64,000 nucleotides of DNA from an uncultured Nitrospiraceae bacterium (GCA_963727805.1 CAVSHF010000005.1:96001-160000); one strand, 5' to 3'. Shown: positions 1-10,416, counted from the first letter of the stretch. Numbers and translations are program-made. Notes: generated by a model from the letters alone, not told the origin.

Positions 1-1297
1 TGAACATAATTGGCTTAATCCACTCACGACGCTCGCCATCCGACAGCGTGAGGCCGAATGAGCGTGTGAAGCCCTGTATCAGGGGTTCGCCGAACTTGTT
101 GCCATAATCAGAGGCACCGTTGCTGGCATCGATCTCTATCTGGAGGGGCGAAGCGAGGTTGGCTGGATATACATAATCATTGCTCTCCCAGGGAAGCTCA
201 TAGCCGGGTATCCTTAGATTTCCGACACAATAGGCCGCGGTTCCGGCGATTACATAACTGCCCCTACCTGTAGCGTGACCATCGCGTATGCGTCCGCCCG
301 TCCCGGTTTCAGCGCCGGGGAATGGCGCCACTCCCGAAGGGAAGTTGTGCGTCTCAGCTGTAAAAATTATATGTTCCGTCAATTCCCGCTCGCGCATAGC
401 CGAGGGCATACCGGGCTTTTCAGGCATGAGCATGGTGATCGAATAGCCCCTTATAGCGCTCGAATTGTCTTTGAATGCAATAACGCTGTTGTTCGGATTG
501 AGCTGCCAAGGCTGCTTAACAATCTGCATGAGCGTCTTTGGCATCTCGGCGCCGTCGATAACGAGACGGCCGCCGAAGAACCAGTGGCGAGAATGCTCGC
601 TGTTAGACTGGCTCAGGTCGAAGCACTCTACATTAGTAGGATTTCGTTTGATATCGTCGACAAAAAGGTTGTAATAATAGTCGATATCCCAGTCGTCGAG
701 TCCCAGACCCATGGAGCGGTTGATCTCGACGAGGGCCGTCTTGCCCTCCTCGATGAGTGGCACTATAGTGGGCGGGTGAGGAACAATGCCAGTTTCGAAA
801 CTGGCAAGCGGCGCGGGATAAGCACACTCGGTCATGCGGTCATGGACAAGATCGAGAAAGGACTTAACCCGAACTTTATCCGAAAATGCTTTTCCAGCAC
901 CCATGAGAAGGTAGCGCCTTGAACGTTCAATACGCAGGATTTTTGTGAGGCCACATGCGTGGCAGATCGAGACAGCATTCGTGGACCAGGCCGTCGAAAA
1001 GTTCATCCGTGGCCCGACTTCGAAGAGCACTGCATCCGGCATATCTTTTTTCAGACCATCGAAAAAACTGGAAACGGAAAATAAGTGGGGTTCGAAGGTC
1101 TCAGCCATGAGCCACCGAAGGATACTTGCTTCATTTTCGTTCAAGGGCGCCGACGTCTCAATATTGAAACAAAACTCTGTCTTCATTTCTTTTATCGCGG
1201 TATCTACACTCCGCGAGATTTTGCCGAGCAATACGTTTTTCTTAAAATCGGAAAGTGCCGGAGTCCGGTAGAGGTGCATCAACTTGTCCCGTGGCAT
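1..1297 (-). CDS. purL: Phosphoribosylformylglycinamidine synthase, large single-chain type (5' part; runs off window start)
   Basis: Not in ORF track (no stop in window). Manual minus-strand translation from ATG 1297 (AAGGAGAG upstream) is in frame with ...IDASNGASDYGNKFGEPLIQGFTRSFG...REWIKPIMF at the window edge, a hallmark large-PurL motif. Confidence 0.93.
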   Translation of the reverse strand, partial: MPRDKLMHLYRTPALSDFKKNVLLGKISRSVDTAIKEMKTEFCFNIETSAPLNENEASILRWLMAETFEPHLFSVSSFFDGLKKDMPDAVLFEVGPRMNFSTAWSTNAVSICHACGLTKILRIERSRRYLLMGAGKAFSDKVRVKSFLDLVHDRMTECAYPAPLASFETGIVPHPPTIVPLIEEGKTALVEINRSMGLGLDDWDIDYYYNLFVDDIKRNPTNVECFDLSQSNSEHSRHWFFGGRLVIDGAEMPKTLMQIVKQPWQLNPNNSVIAFKDNSSAIRGYSITMLMPEKPGMPSAMRERELTEHIIFTAETHNFPSGVAPFPGAETGTGGRIRDGHATGRGSYVIAGTAAYCVGNLRIPGYELPWESNDYVYPANLASPLQIEIDASNGASDYGNKFGEPLIQGFTRSFGLTLSDGERREWIKPIMF

Positions 1298-1371
1298 AAG
1301 CTCTCCTTTGCACGTAATAGTGTTTCATTTTAGCATATCCATCTGTCCTTAGATGAAATGTATGGTAAAAT

Positions 1372-3360
1372 ATGCCGATAGATTTATTTATTGAATCTTT
1401 GGAAGGAGAGATCTGCGCTGCGCAGCCTCATAATACGATGGAATTAAGATTAACCTCAAACGAAGTCATCGCCCTGAATAGTGATGAAAGTATCCTCTCC
1501 GCACTCAAACGAGCCGGAATCTATCTGGTAGCATCTTGCGGCGGCAAGGGCGCCTGCGGCAAATGCAAGGTCAACGTCATCGAGGGCGATTTCAAAGCCA
1601 TTGTCTACGGAAAGCTCACCGCTGCGGAAAAAGAAGCTGGTACCGTTCTTGCCTGCCAGACCTTTCCATTGGGCGATTTACTCCTAGCAATACCCAAGGA
1701 ATCGCGTCTGGTCATAGGCGACCAAATCGCCGTATCGAAGACTAAGGACCTTGTTCATTACCTTAGATCATATGGCTTCGATATCAATCCTTTTGTGAAA
1801 ACAATATCCGTTGACCTTCCACCACCAACCATCACCGATAACATAAGCGATTTGGAAAGATTAAGGAGGGCACTGGCGGAGAAGGGAATTGATTCAATGG
1901 TGTTCCGCCACGGCTTCGTTTTACCCATGGGTAAGACCTTGAGACAAGCGGATTGGAACGTTCAACTCTCCTATATAGAAGACCAGGATGCCGGACGCGA
2001 GGCAATAGCCCTTTACCCCCGTTCAAGCGGAAGCTACGGATTGGCGGTAGATATCGGTACAACCACCGTCGTTGTCTACCTCACCAACCTGAAGACGGGT
2101 GAAGTGATCGACATCGGGTCAACCTACAATTCGCAGATAAAATACGGTGACGATGTTATCACAAGGATCGTCCACGCAACTGAAGGCAGCGGACTACAGG
2201 AACTGAAAGATGCCGTCCTTTCAGATATCAACACAATCGTCGACTCGATCACCGAGAGACACACCATCGACCGCATGCTGATTCACTCTGCATCAATTGC
2301 TGGAAATACGACGATGTCGCATATATTCTGGGGCCTTAACCCAGGCTCAATTCGTGAAGAACCGTATATCCCCCTCCTAAACAGTTTCCCGCTATGGAGG
2401 GCTTCAATGGCCGGACTTTCGATACATCCCGAGGCCAGAGTCTATACGGCACCTTCCATAGCCAGTTATGTCGGGGGAGACATTGTTGCCGGAGTTCTTG
2501 CCTCAAAAATGCACCGCAATGAAGAATTGGCGCTCTTCATGGATATCGGCACGAACGGCGAAATCGCTATTGGCAATAACGAGTGGATTATGACGGCTGC
2601 TTGTTCCGCGGGCCCCTGCTTCGAGGGGAGCGGAATTCGGTGCGGCATGAGGGCCACACCGGGGGCAATCGAGTCGGTCAGTATCGACCCCACCACTCTC
2701 GAACCAGCCATATCAGTTATTGGAGGGGGAAGCCCTCTCGGAATTTGCGGTTCGGGTATGATCGATGCCATTTCAGAGATGTTCCTTGCCGGCCTAATCG
2801 ACCAGAAGGGGAAATATCTCGAAGGGAAATCGTACCGGATACGCCGCGGCGAAGACGGACTTGAGTATGTGATACACAGCGACAAGAGGCTCAAAAAGGA
2901 TATAGTGCTCACCGAGGTGGATATCGAGAATCTTATCAGGGCGAAGGCTGCCGTCTATTCGGGTATTTCGACACTGATTACCGAGGCAGGTCTCACTATG
3001 GATGCGATCGAAAGGGTATATATCGCCGGCGGATTCGGCAACTACCTCGATGTGGATAAGGCAGTGCTCCTTGGCATGATCCCCGATCTTCCCGCAGAGA
3101 GGTTCACGTTCATGGGCAATACCTCGATTACGGGCTCTTATCTATGCCTGCTATCAGAGGACTTACGGAAAGAGGCCGAAGATATAGCAAGAAAGATGAC
3201 CTATATAGAACTCTCCGTTTCGAGAATGTTCATGGACGAATATATCTCGGCCCTCTTTCTGCCTCATACCAACATAAACCTCTTCCCGACGGTAGCATCC
3301 CGTCTTATGAAGGCAATGACCCCCATGAAGTTCTGGCTTATGACCAATCCTGATGAGTAG
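1372..3360 (+). CDS. ASKHA-family ATPase with N-terminal 2Fe-2S domain (RACo/AcsV-like reductive activator of corrinoid proteins)
   Basis: CGGKGACGKC...LAC ferredoxin motif; DIGTTT, DIGTNGE, AGPCFEG, AGGFG motifs; true start may be ATG 1438. Confidence 0.88.
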   Translation: MPIDLFIESLEGEICAAQPHNTMELRLTSNEVIALNSDESILSALKRAGIYLVASCGGKGACGKCKVNVIEGDFKAIVYGKLTAAEKEAGTVLACQTFPLGDLLLAIPKESRLVIGDQIAVSKTKDLVHYLRSYGFDINPFVKTISVDLPPPTITDNISDLERLRRALAEKGIDSMVFRHGFVLPMGKTLRQADWNVQLSYIEDQDAGREAIALYPRSSGSYGLAVDIGTTTVVVYLTNLKTGEVIDIGSTYNSQIKYGDDVITRIVHATEGSGLQELKDAVLSDINTIVDSITERHTIDRMLIHSASIAGNTTMSHIFWGLNPGSIREEPYIPLLNSFPLWRASMAGLSIHPEARVYTAPSIASYVGGDIVAGVLASKMHRNEELALFMDIGTNGEIAIGNNEWIMTAACSAGPCFEGSGIRCGMRATPGAIESVSIDPTTLEPAISVIGGGSPLGICGSGMIDAISEMFLAGLIDQKGKYLEGKSYRIRRGEDGLEYVIHSDKRLKKDIVLTEVDIENLIRAKAAVYSGISTLITEAGLTMDAIERVYIAGGFGNYLDVDKAVLLGMIPDLPAERFTFMGNTSITGSYLCLLSEDLRKEAEDIARKMTYIELSVSRMFMDEYISALFLPHTNINLFPTVASRLMKAMTPMKFWLMTNPDE

Positions 3361-3465
3361 CACGCTGAGAGCATCGCACATCCATGCCCAATTTTTTATT
3401 GCACACTTTCGGAATTTGCTTTATACTTATTACAGAAATTCAAGATCAATAGGAGGGACCACGTT

Positions 3466-3735
3466 ATGAAAAAGGCACTCATCATTATAGCGACAGTTTT
3501 GTTGGTATTTACTGCTACTCTCTCTTTCGCCGCAACAGATAACCAGGACGCAGCAATGATCGGTGACATTCTTATTCTAAGACCTGTGGGACTCTTGGCA
3601 ACCGTACTGGGCGCTCTTGTCCAAGGAATCGGCTTGCCCGTGTCGCTGGCGGGCGGAAATGCAAAAGAGGCTGGCGATGCACTCGTTGTTGCCCCCGCGA
3701 AGTTCACCTTTGCAAGGCCCGTGGGAGATTTTTGA
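3466..3735 (+). CDS. Small exported/membrane hypothetical protein
   Basis: Signal peptide (MKK...SFAA), hydrophobic segment, GGAGG RBS, C-terminal FTFARPVG. Confidence 0.75.
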   Translation: MKKALIIIATVLLVFTATLSFAATDNQDAAMIGDILILRPVGLLATVLGALVQGIGLPVSLAGGNAKEAGDALVVAPAKFTFARPVGDF

Positions 3736-3764
3736 CTCGACAGTTATAATTAATCCCTAACTAA

Positions 3765-3800
3765 AACGGGCGGCAGGTAATTATTACCTGGCCGCCCGTT
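3765..3800. terminator. Hairpin between convergent genes (probable bidirectional terminator)
   Basis: AACGGGCGGCAGGTAA-tta-TTACCTGGCCGCCCGTT inverted repeat. Confidence 0.7.
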
Positions 3801-3822
3801 CAAACTGTTATTGCTTGATAGT

Positions 3823-4191
3823 TTAGTTCACGCCCAGTTCTTTTTTGAGCCACGCCTCGACCGTTTTGTTGATAGGATACATCCCGAAGTAATGTTTCTC
3901 CTTGTTCTCTTCAATAGCCTCGCGCAACAATTCCTTCGGTATTTCTTCGATCTGCGCCACCGTTTCTCCATATTCCTTGGCAGTATGGCGCATTAAAAAG
4001 AGAATGGGCTCGTCGCCCATCGTTTCGATATAACAAATATACCCCTTTATTTCGCCCCTTGCCTCGGTAGTCTCTCCCATTTTTTTGAATCTCGATTCCA
4101 TAACGCTCTGCGGCTCGAGGTCCCATCGAATATTCTCAATTACATAAGGCTCTTTCTTGATATCTTCTAATGTCGAAAGCTGTTCAAACAT
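3823..4191 (-). CDS. Conserved hypothetical protein (resembles DVU0772 family)
   Basis: 122 aa with I-x-W-D-x-x-P and GMYPIN motifs; last gene of the FTR/Grx cluster; family call from memory. Confidence 0.65.
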   Translation of the reverse strand: MFEQLSTLEDIKKEPYVIENIRWDLEPQSVMESRFKKMGETTEARGEIKGYICYIETMGDEPILFLMRHTAKEYGETVAQIEEIPKELLREAIEENKEKHYFGMYPINKTVEAWLKKELGVN

Positions 4192-4210
4192 GTGGTTTCA
4201 ATCTCCTTTG

Positions 4211-4540
4211 TTATGCCTGTCTTTCCGGCGGCCTTCTTTCGGACACGATACGGCGTTCTATAATGCCCTCATTCCAATCTTTTGAAACATAGAGCCCGCA
4301 ATAGCAGCTTCCGTAATCCTTCACGTCCGGATCTTTGTATACACAAGGACAGATAATATCCTGATCCTTTTCCTTTATCCCCAATGCAAGTCGGCACGGA
4401 CAGGACCGGTAGCCATATCTTTCTTCATTTTTGAGAAGACCGGTGAGAATACCGATTACAAATTCCCTGTCTCTGTTGAGCTGCTGACCTTTCGATTCAG
4501 CATATTTCGAGAGGATTTCGTACAAACGTTCCGGTGTCAT
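4211..4540 (-). CDS. Ferredoxin:thioredoxin reductase catalytic subunit
   Basis: YGYRSCPCR, ICPC and CYCGLYV motifs. Confidence 0.92.
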   Translation of the reverse strand: MTPERLYEILSKYAESKGQQLNRDREFVIGILTGLLKNEERYGYRSCPCRLALGIKEKDQDIICPCVYKDPDVKDYGSCYCGLYVSKDWNEGIIERRIVSERRPPERQA

Positions 4541-4797
4541 TCTATACCTAACGTCTGTTTGAGAAGGGGCTCGTCAAAGCCCGTAACAACCTCCTCGATT
4601 ACGACTGTCGGATATGAGCCTGACAGGTTGTATTTCTTAAGCTCTTTTGATGTAAGCCACTGTTCCCCACTATCGAGCGTATCTACCACGATGTACTGAT
4701 AGTCAATCTTATGATCGTCAAGGAACTGCTTGACCTGTTTGCACGCGGCACAAGTACTGAGGGAATAGAGTCGTACCTTTTTCTTCTGCCCTTCCAT
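4537..4797 (-). CDS. Glutaredoxin/NrdH-like redoxin
   Basis: LYSLSTCAAC, cis-Pro motif SYPTVVI, GFD; overlaps FTR start by 4 nt. Confidence 0.88.
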   Translation of the reverse strand: MEGQKKKVRLYSLSTCAACKQVKQFLDDHKIDYQYIVVDTLDSGEQWLTSKELKKYNLSGSYPTVVIEEVVTGFDEPLLKQTLGIE

Positions 4798-4799
4798 AC

Positions 4800-5153
4800 C
4801 TATGCATTACCTGCCGGACCGTTAGGAGTACTCTTCCGGTTAAGCTCAGCAGCTGCGACTCCCGCATCCTCAAGCATTTCCAGGCTTGCAACGCTCACCT
4901 TGCCCACCGGGATATTCAACACTCTGGCAACCTCACCGAGGGAGACCCCCTTGCCGTAATGCATTTCAGCTATCATGATCTTCAGTGCGTCGTCGAGAAT
5001 ACATTTCTTTAGTTCCTCGTCTTCGAGCTTGATCGTATCACACGCCTTGTCAAAAGCGAGTCCGTTTTTCATCTCTTCTCTGATCGCAGCTATTGATTCA
5101 AAATAGATCTTGTCTTCCTCAGGACTGTATTGTTTGTATTTAACATTTCCCAT
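4800..5153 (-). CDS. Hypothetical protein, possible C-terminal HTH
   Basis: 117 aa, RBS present, 2 nt from the Grx gene; SLGEVARVLNIP resembles an HTH. Confidence 0.7.
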   Translation of the reverse strand: MGNVKYKQYSPEEDKIYFESIAAIREEMKNGLAFDKACDTIKLEDEELKKCILDDALKIMIAEMHYGKGVSLGEVARVLNIPVGKVSVASLEMLEDAGVAAAELNRKSTPNGPAGNA

Positions 5154-5209
5154 GAAAACTCCCCTTTAAAGTGCTTTATATTAAATTACCACATACCATG
5201 GAGTTTTAT

Positions 5210-7828
5210 CTATTTATGAAAAAAAGAGACCACCCTCTCCCTAAGCTCGTCCGCAAAGAATTGATATTGATCTACAGTCGTCGGCTTTGCCTTCATATCG
5301 ATATTGTTGATGCCGAACGGCTTACCGAAAATAACCCTGATCTTGGCGGGCCTGAGAAATTTCGCTCCTCTCGGCAGGGCCTTCGCAGAGCCCTCGATAT
5401 AGACAGGGACCACAGGTATCTTTTTTTCCAGAGCGATGATCCCCACTCCCTTTTTGAAGGGTAGCACTTCTCCACCAAACGACCGGCCTCCTTCGGGAAA
5501 GATGCATAGAGACTTCCCCTGACTCAGCACATAGGATGACATCTGGAGCGCTCTGTTCAGGTATGTTTCGGCATCGATAGGAATTACATGGCTCATTCTC
5601 GCTAAATTTCCCTTAATGGTTCCTGTGAAGAACCTGCTGATACCCAAGAAACAGAGGTTCTCAAAAGTCGAAAAAGGGATTGCGGCGGTAACCACAAAAG
5701 CGTCTATATAGCTTGCGTGGTTGGCCGCTAGCATATATGGCCCTCTTCGGGGAATGTTATCCCTGCCCTGTATCGACATCCGGGAAAAAAGACTGAAAAA
5801 CAATTTCAATGCCATGACCATCAAATAAATAGTAACCTTTTCTGTTGGACCGTGGCTGAAACCCACCTTTCGCAGGTCTTCCTCAGGGGGCTCTTTTTCG
5901 AGTATATCTTTCCAGGTAACGGGTCCGGCATGCTCTCCTTCTTTTCCCTCAGCATATTGTTTCAGCAGCGAAACTACATCGCTGACTGTCTGTGCGTCGG
6001 AGATAAAGGTCTCGGGAAGGCTTACTGAGAAAGCTTCCTCAAGGGATGAGATAAATTCTATCCTCTTCAGCGAATCGAATCCGAGGTCGATTTCGAGGTT
6101 GTCATCCGCCTGAATAGCCGTCATTTCTTCCATGACTGAGTTGATGCAGCCCACAACCTCACGACCGACCTCGTCCTCAAGAAGCGCTTTATCACTGACC
6201 TCGCCCCCTTTTTTCGCCGACACGGCTCCGGCCACTATGTCCTTGAGCATGAACCGCCTCAGCTTGCCCAAAGGAGTGCGCGGCAGCGGCTCGGGATACA
6301 GCATGGACCCTCGAATTCTCATATACTCGGGCAGCCGAGAAGTGACCTCGTTGAGCTCCCATTTCAAAGTCTCCGCAATATTTCCGATATTGCAGTGCCT
6401 CGCATAATCGAGATCAGGTACGATAATCGCCTGTATGGACTCGACAATGCCATTCTTATCAATACCGGTAATGCCAATCTCCTTAATGAGTGGGATATGC
6501 AGGTATGCGTTTTCGACATCCTCAGGATAGATGTTCTTGCCGGAGCTAAGAACAATAACCTCTTTCCTGCGGCCGGTGATAAAGAGATATCCCTCCTTAT
6601 CGATCCATCCCAGATCACCGGTATAAAACCAGCCATTCTTGATTACCTCTGCCGTGGTCGTACTATTTTTGTAATAGCCCGCCATAACCATATCCCCCCG
6701 CACGGTGATCTCTCCATTGTCGATTCGGAGTTCTGCTCCCGGCAAAGCTTTTCCGGCCGAATTCGGTTTTCTTTTCGCAAGCGGATTAAAAGTGATCACA
6801 GGAGAAGTTTCGGTCAGTCCATATCCTTCTAGCACCGTAAAGCCAAGGCCTTCCAGGTCCTCCATTACTGCTGGATCCAAGTGCGCTCCGCCGCTGGCGA
6901 AGAACCGCACTTGCCTGAAATTCTGATGGACGGCCCGAAATATGATTTTCCCCAGGTTGACATCGACAGTGCGCCTGATAGCCGAACACATTTTCAGCAT
7001 TCTCATCAAGAGCGATGCAAGAAATCTCTTCTCTTTCATCTTGCTTACAATTCCGTTACGTATCATCTCGAAGAGCCGAGGCACGCCTAAAACGATTGTG
7101 ACTCCCCCTTCCTTGATGGCCAATATGAGTTCTGCAGCCTTCAGGCCTGGTCCAAAGGTTATGGAAGCGCCAAGCAAGACCGGCACGATAAAGGTACACA
7201 TAAAAGGATACGTGTGGTGCATGGGAAGTATCGACAGTACATTGTCACTGCCCGAAACAAGACCAGCCTGGCTGACAGCGCCGGCGTCGGAGCAGAAATT
7301 TCTGTGCGTAAGCATGACTCCCTTCGGACTTCCCGTTGTGCCCGATGTATAGATGATCGAGGCAACGTCATCGGGAACCGCATCAACGGCGACTTCAACA
7401 GACTTCGTGCCAGGCTGCCGCTGACTCATGGAATCGAAATTGATGCCAGTGACCGGACTGCCTTCGATGGCCTTTAAAACATCGGCGCCGGTTTTCGAAC
7501 TGTAATAGACGATTTTCACTTGGGCATCGGAGAATATGTTATGTATCTCTGCCGGTCCGAGTTGCATGTCGACAGGGACAGCGATCCCCCGACAAAAAAG
7601 TATGGACATATATGCAGCGCACCATTCCGGCCTGTTTTCTGACACAATAGCGATCCTGTCTCCAGAAATAACTCCCAATTCGACAAGATCCGCTGAGAGG
7701 GCTTTTGCACGCGAAAGGAATTCTCCATAAGTTACCGTTTTCCAGGACATCTCAAAATAACGAAAGGCTATGGCGTCCTGGTTCTTTTGAGCTGATGCTA
7801 CAAATAGCGACGGTATATTCTCAGGCAT
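5210..7828 (-). CDS. Acyl-CoA/ACP synthetase - ACP - PlsC acyltransferase fusion
   Basis: YTSGTTGSPKG, EGYGLTE, TGDLG (AMP-binding); LGFDSL (phosphopantetheine site); NHASYID and FPEGGRS (PlsC). Confidence 0.92.
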   Translation of the reverse strand: MPENIPSLFVASAQKNQDAIAFRYFEMSWKTVTYGEFLSRAKALSADLVELGVISGDRIAIVSENRPEWCAAYMSILFCRGIAVPVDMQLGPAEIHNIFSDAQVKIVYYSSKTGADVLKAIEGSPVTGINFDSMSQRQPGTKSVEVAVDAVPDDVASIIYTSGTTGSPKGVMLTHRNFCSDAGAVSQAGLVSGSDNVLSILPMHHTYPFMCTFIVPVLLGASITFGPGLKAAELILAIKEGGVTIVLGVPRLFEMIRNGIVSKMKEKRFLASLLMRMLKMCSAIRRTVDVNLGKIIFRAVHQNFRQVRFFASGGAHLDPAVMEDLEGLGFTVLEGYGLTETSPVITFNPLAKRKPNSAGKALPGAELRIDNGEITVRGDMVMAGYYKNSTTTAEVIKNGWFYTGDLGWIDKEGYLFITGRRKEVIVLSSGKNIYPEDVENAYLHIPLIKEIGITGIDKNGIVESIQAIIVPDLDYARHCNIGNIAETLKWELNEVTSRLPEYMRIRGSMLYPEPLPRTPLGKLRRFMLKDIVAGAVSAKKGGEVSDKALLEDEVGREVVGCINSVMEEMTAIQADDNLEIDLGFDSLKRIEFISSLEEAFSVSLPETFISDAQTVSDVVSLLKQYAEGKEGEHAGPVTWKDILEKEPPEEDLRKVGFSHGPTEKVTIYLMVMALKLFFSLFSRMSIQGRDNIPRRGPYMLAANHASYIDAFVVTAAIPFSTFENLCFLGISRFFTGTIKGNLARMSHVIPIDAETYLNRALQMSSYVLSQGKSLCIFPEGGRSFGGEVLPFKKGVGIIALEKKIPVVPVYIEGSAKALPRGAKFLRPAKIRVIFGKPFGINNIDMKAKPTTVDQYQFFADELRERVVSFFHK

Positions 7829-8630
7829 TGAGCAGTTTCAGGGCCGCATCGTGAAGCCGCTTATTCCCTGAAGCAAGAAGCGGTGCGCGAGTATTTAACC
7901 CGACGATGGTCTTATCAAGACTCTTTCCTGCGGTGTCGGTAATGATGCCACCCGCCTCCTTTACCATAAGATAGCCTGCGGCAAAATCGAAGCTTCGTGA
8001 TGGCGCTGGCGTCACAAAGACGCTAATGGCACCATAGGCGAGAAGCGCAAGATCGAGGGCTGTAGCCCCGAAACAGCGCGTCCGCCTCCCTTCCGAGAGA
8101 AGCCTCACGATCTTCTGAACGTCCCGCCCTGGGACTTGTGCTTCGTAAGCTATGAGATAGAAAAGGTCATCGGCCTGGCTAAATATGCGATCGCCATTAA
8201 AAAATGCTCCCATCCCCTTCTCTGCCCAGAATTCATCCCCTGTCAGAAGATTGATGACATAGGCAAGGGAAATATCTCCAAACGTCGTTCCGTTGCCCAT
8301 GGCTATCGACGTGCAATAAAAAGGGATACCGTTCACGGCGTTCCTGCTTCCGTCAATCGGATCGATAATAACCTGATACCCGCCACCAAGGACCTCCTTA
8401 AGCCCGTATTCTTCCGATACGATATTAAGCGGCTCTTTGAGGTCCTCAAGGCTGCCAATGATGATGTCCTCGGCTTTCTTGTCAATTCGATAGGTCTTGT
8501 CGCCGCCCGCGCCTCTGCCAATAGTCTCTGATGCGAAGGGCCTCAGCCGTGTCGTTCCCAATTCCGAAAAAAGTAACTTCCCGATATTTCTGAGTTTTTG
8601 AATATTCATTGCACCTGTTATACCTCGCAA
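7821..8630 (-). CDS. Inositol monophosphatase / FBPase-IMPase family protein
   Basis: SEE, IDPIDGS, FDFAAG motifs. Confidence 0.88.
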   Translation of the reverse strand: MRGITGAMNIQKLRNIGKLLFSELGTTRLRPFASETIGRGAGGDKTYRIDKKAEDIIIGSLEDLKEPLNIVSEEYGLKEVLGGGYQVIIDPIDGSRNAVNGIPFYCTSIAMGNGTTFGDISLAYVINLLTGDEFWAEKGMGAFFNGDRIFSQADDLFYLIAYEAQVPGRDVQKIVRLLSEGRRTRCFGATALDLALLAYGAISVFVTPAPSRSFDFAAGYLMVKEAGGIITDTAGKSLDKTIVGLNTRAPLLASGNKRLHDAALKLLNA

Positions 8631-8672
8631 TCAAAGCATTGACAATGGTTTATAGTCGATATATTATAATCA

Positions 8673-9752
8673 ATGATGAAAAAAGGCAATTTATCAAAAT
8701 TGATACGCCCGAGCGTCCTAGCACTCAAAGCGTATGAGGCAAGGGAGATTCCCTGCGCGGTAAAACTCGACGCCAACGAGAGCCCATACTCCCCACTACC
8801 GCTGGAGAAGGTCTTTTCGAAAAAAGATATCCTTGGTTCGTTGAACCGGTATCCCGACCCTGAAGCCAAGGCTTTGAAAAAGGCCCTTGCCAAAGACCTT
8901 AAAGTTACCGAAAAGAACATCCTTTTCGGCAACGGTTCCGATGAATTAATTTATTATCTCATCACAACTCTTGGTGGTCCGGTGCTTTTTCCGGTGCCGA
9001 CTTTCATCATGTATGGCGTTATAGCACAGGCCCTCGGTGAAAAGGCGATCTCCATTCCGCTTGACGATGACTTCGATCTAGATATTGACAGGATGCTCGC
9101 CATTATTAAAAAGGATAAGCCCAGGCTCGTATTCCTCAGCTCACCAAATAATCCTACGGGTAACTGCTTTTCGACAGACCGAATAATGAAGATCATCGAG
9201 GCGTCAAAGGGGATAGTCGCGGTGGATGAAGCGTACGCGCCCTTTTCGAGCAGCCGAGGATTCCTGCCGTTGCTCAGGGATTATCCTAATCTCATCATTC
9301 TCCGGACCATGAGCAAGATCGGCTTTGCCTCGCTGCGTGTCGGCTATATGATCGCCGACGAAGGGCTGATTCAGGAGGTCAATAAGGTAAGGCTTCCGTA
9401 TAACCTTAACTCCCTCTCTCAGTCGGTAGCGCTCGAAGGCATAAAGAATAAAAAGATTGTCAATGCCCAGATCAGGATTATTACCAGTGAACGAGACCGG
9501 TTATTCGATGAACTGTCAGCCATCGAGGGTATAAGCCCCTTTCCTTCCGAGGCAAACTTCATACTCGTTAAAGTACCTGATGCGGGTAAGATATCCCAGG
9601 GACTGCTGAAACAAGGTATTCTTGTTAAAAATATGGACAAGATGGTACCCAATGCCATCAGGGTAACCGTCGGCTTGCCTCGCGAAAATACCCTATTTAT
9701 AGGTGCGTTGAAAAAGATCCTGCCAAAAATGATCATCAACCCGGAGATATAA
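8673..9752 (+). CDS. hisC: Histidinol-phosphate aminotransferase
   Basis: KLDANESP, NGSDE, SPNNPTG, DEAY, RTMSK. Confidence 0.95.
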   Translation: MMKKGNLSKLIRPSVLALKAYEAREIPCAVKLDANESPYSPLPLEKVFSKKDILGSLNRYPDPEAKALKKALAKDLKVTEKNILFGNGSDELIYYLITTLGGPVLFPVPTFIMYGVIAQALGEKAISIPLDDDFDLDIDRMLAIIKKDKPRLVFLSSPNNPTGNCFSTDRIMKIIEASKGIVAVDEAYAPFSSSRGFLPLLRDYPNLIILRTMSKIGFASLRVGYMIADEGLIQEVNKVRLPYNLNSLSQSVALEGIKNKKIVNAQIRIITSERDRLFDELSAIEGISPFPSEANFILVKVPDAGKISQGLLKQGILVKNMDKMVPNAIRVTVGLPRENTLFIGALKKILPKMIINPEI

Positions 9753-9762
9753 AGGAGGCATC

Positions 9763-10347
9763 ATGCGGACCGCCAAGGTTCAGAGAAAAACAAACGAAAC
9801 AGACATTACCATCCAGATAAATCTCGACGGTAAGGGTGAATATGACATCAACACGTCGATCCCTTTTCTCGACCACATGCTCAATCTCTTTTCTTTCCAT
9901 GGCATGATAGACCTGAAGATCAAGGCCACGGGTGATATCGAAGTGGATTACCATCACCTCATGGAAGACCTCGGGATCACTCTGGGAGAGGTGATCAAAA
10001 AAACCCTGGGCGATAAAAAGGGAATCAGGCGCTACGGTCTCGCCACCATCCCTATGGACGAAAGCCTCGCAACGGTCGTCATCGATATAAGCGGGAGACC
10101 ATATCTGGTGTATAACGTAAAGCCACCAAAAGGCTCGCTCAAGGATTTGGAGATTTCACTCTTCGAAGACTTCTTCAGGGCATTGACGACTCACGCCATG
10201 ATCACGCTCCATGTAAACATGGAATATGGCCGTGACCTGCACCATATTATCGAGGCCATATTCAAGGCTTTTGGTCGGGCACTCAGGGAAGCGGTTACTA
10301 TCGATAAGGGAGCTAAGATTCTTCCTTCGACAAAAGGGAAGCTCTGA
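9763..10347 (+). CDS. hisB: Imidazoleglycerol-phosphate dehydratase
   Basis: FLDHML, DYHHLMED, PMDE, HHIIEAIFK, PSTKG. Confidence 0.97.
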   Translation: MRTAKVQRKTNETDITIQINLDGKGEYDINTSIPFLDHMLNLFSFHGMIDLKIKATGDIEVDYHHLMEDLGITLGEVIKKTLGDKKGIRRYGLATIPMDESLATVVIDISGRPYLVYNVKPPKGSLKDLEISLFEDFFRALTTHAMITLHVNMEYGRDLHHIIEAIFKAFGRALREAVTIDKGAKILPSTKGKL

Positions 10348-10350
10348 TTC

Positions 10351-10398
10351 AAGCAAGAAGCGGCCGGCCACATCACCTGTCCTGCCGCTTCTTGTTTT
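10351..10398. terminator. Hairpin between convergent hisB and thyX
   Basis: AAGCAAGAAGCGGC...GCCGCTTCTTGTTTT inverted repeat. Confidence 0.65.
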
Positions 10399-10416
10399 AC
10401 TTCTCTATCTGCTATT

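Noticed and set aside
275..1333. Plus-strand ORFs of 215, 108 and 82 aa
   Set aside because: Antisense shadows of purL, which the track missed because it has no stop in the window
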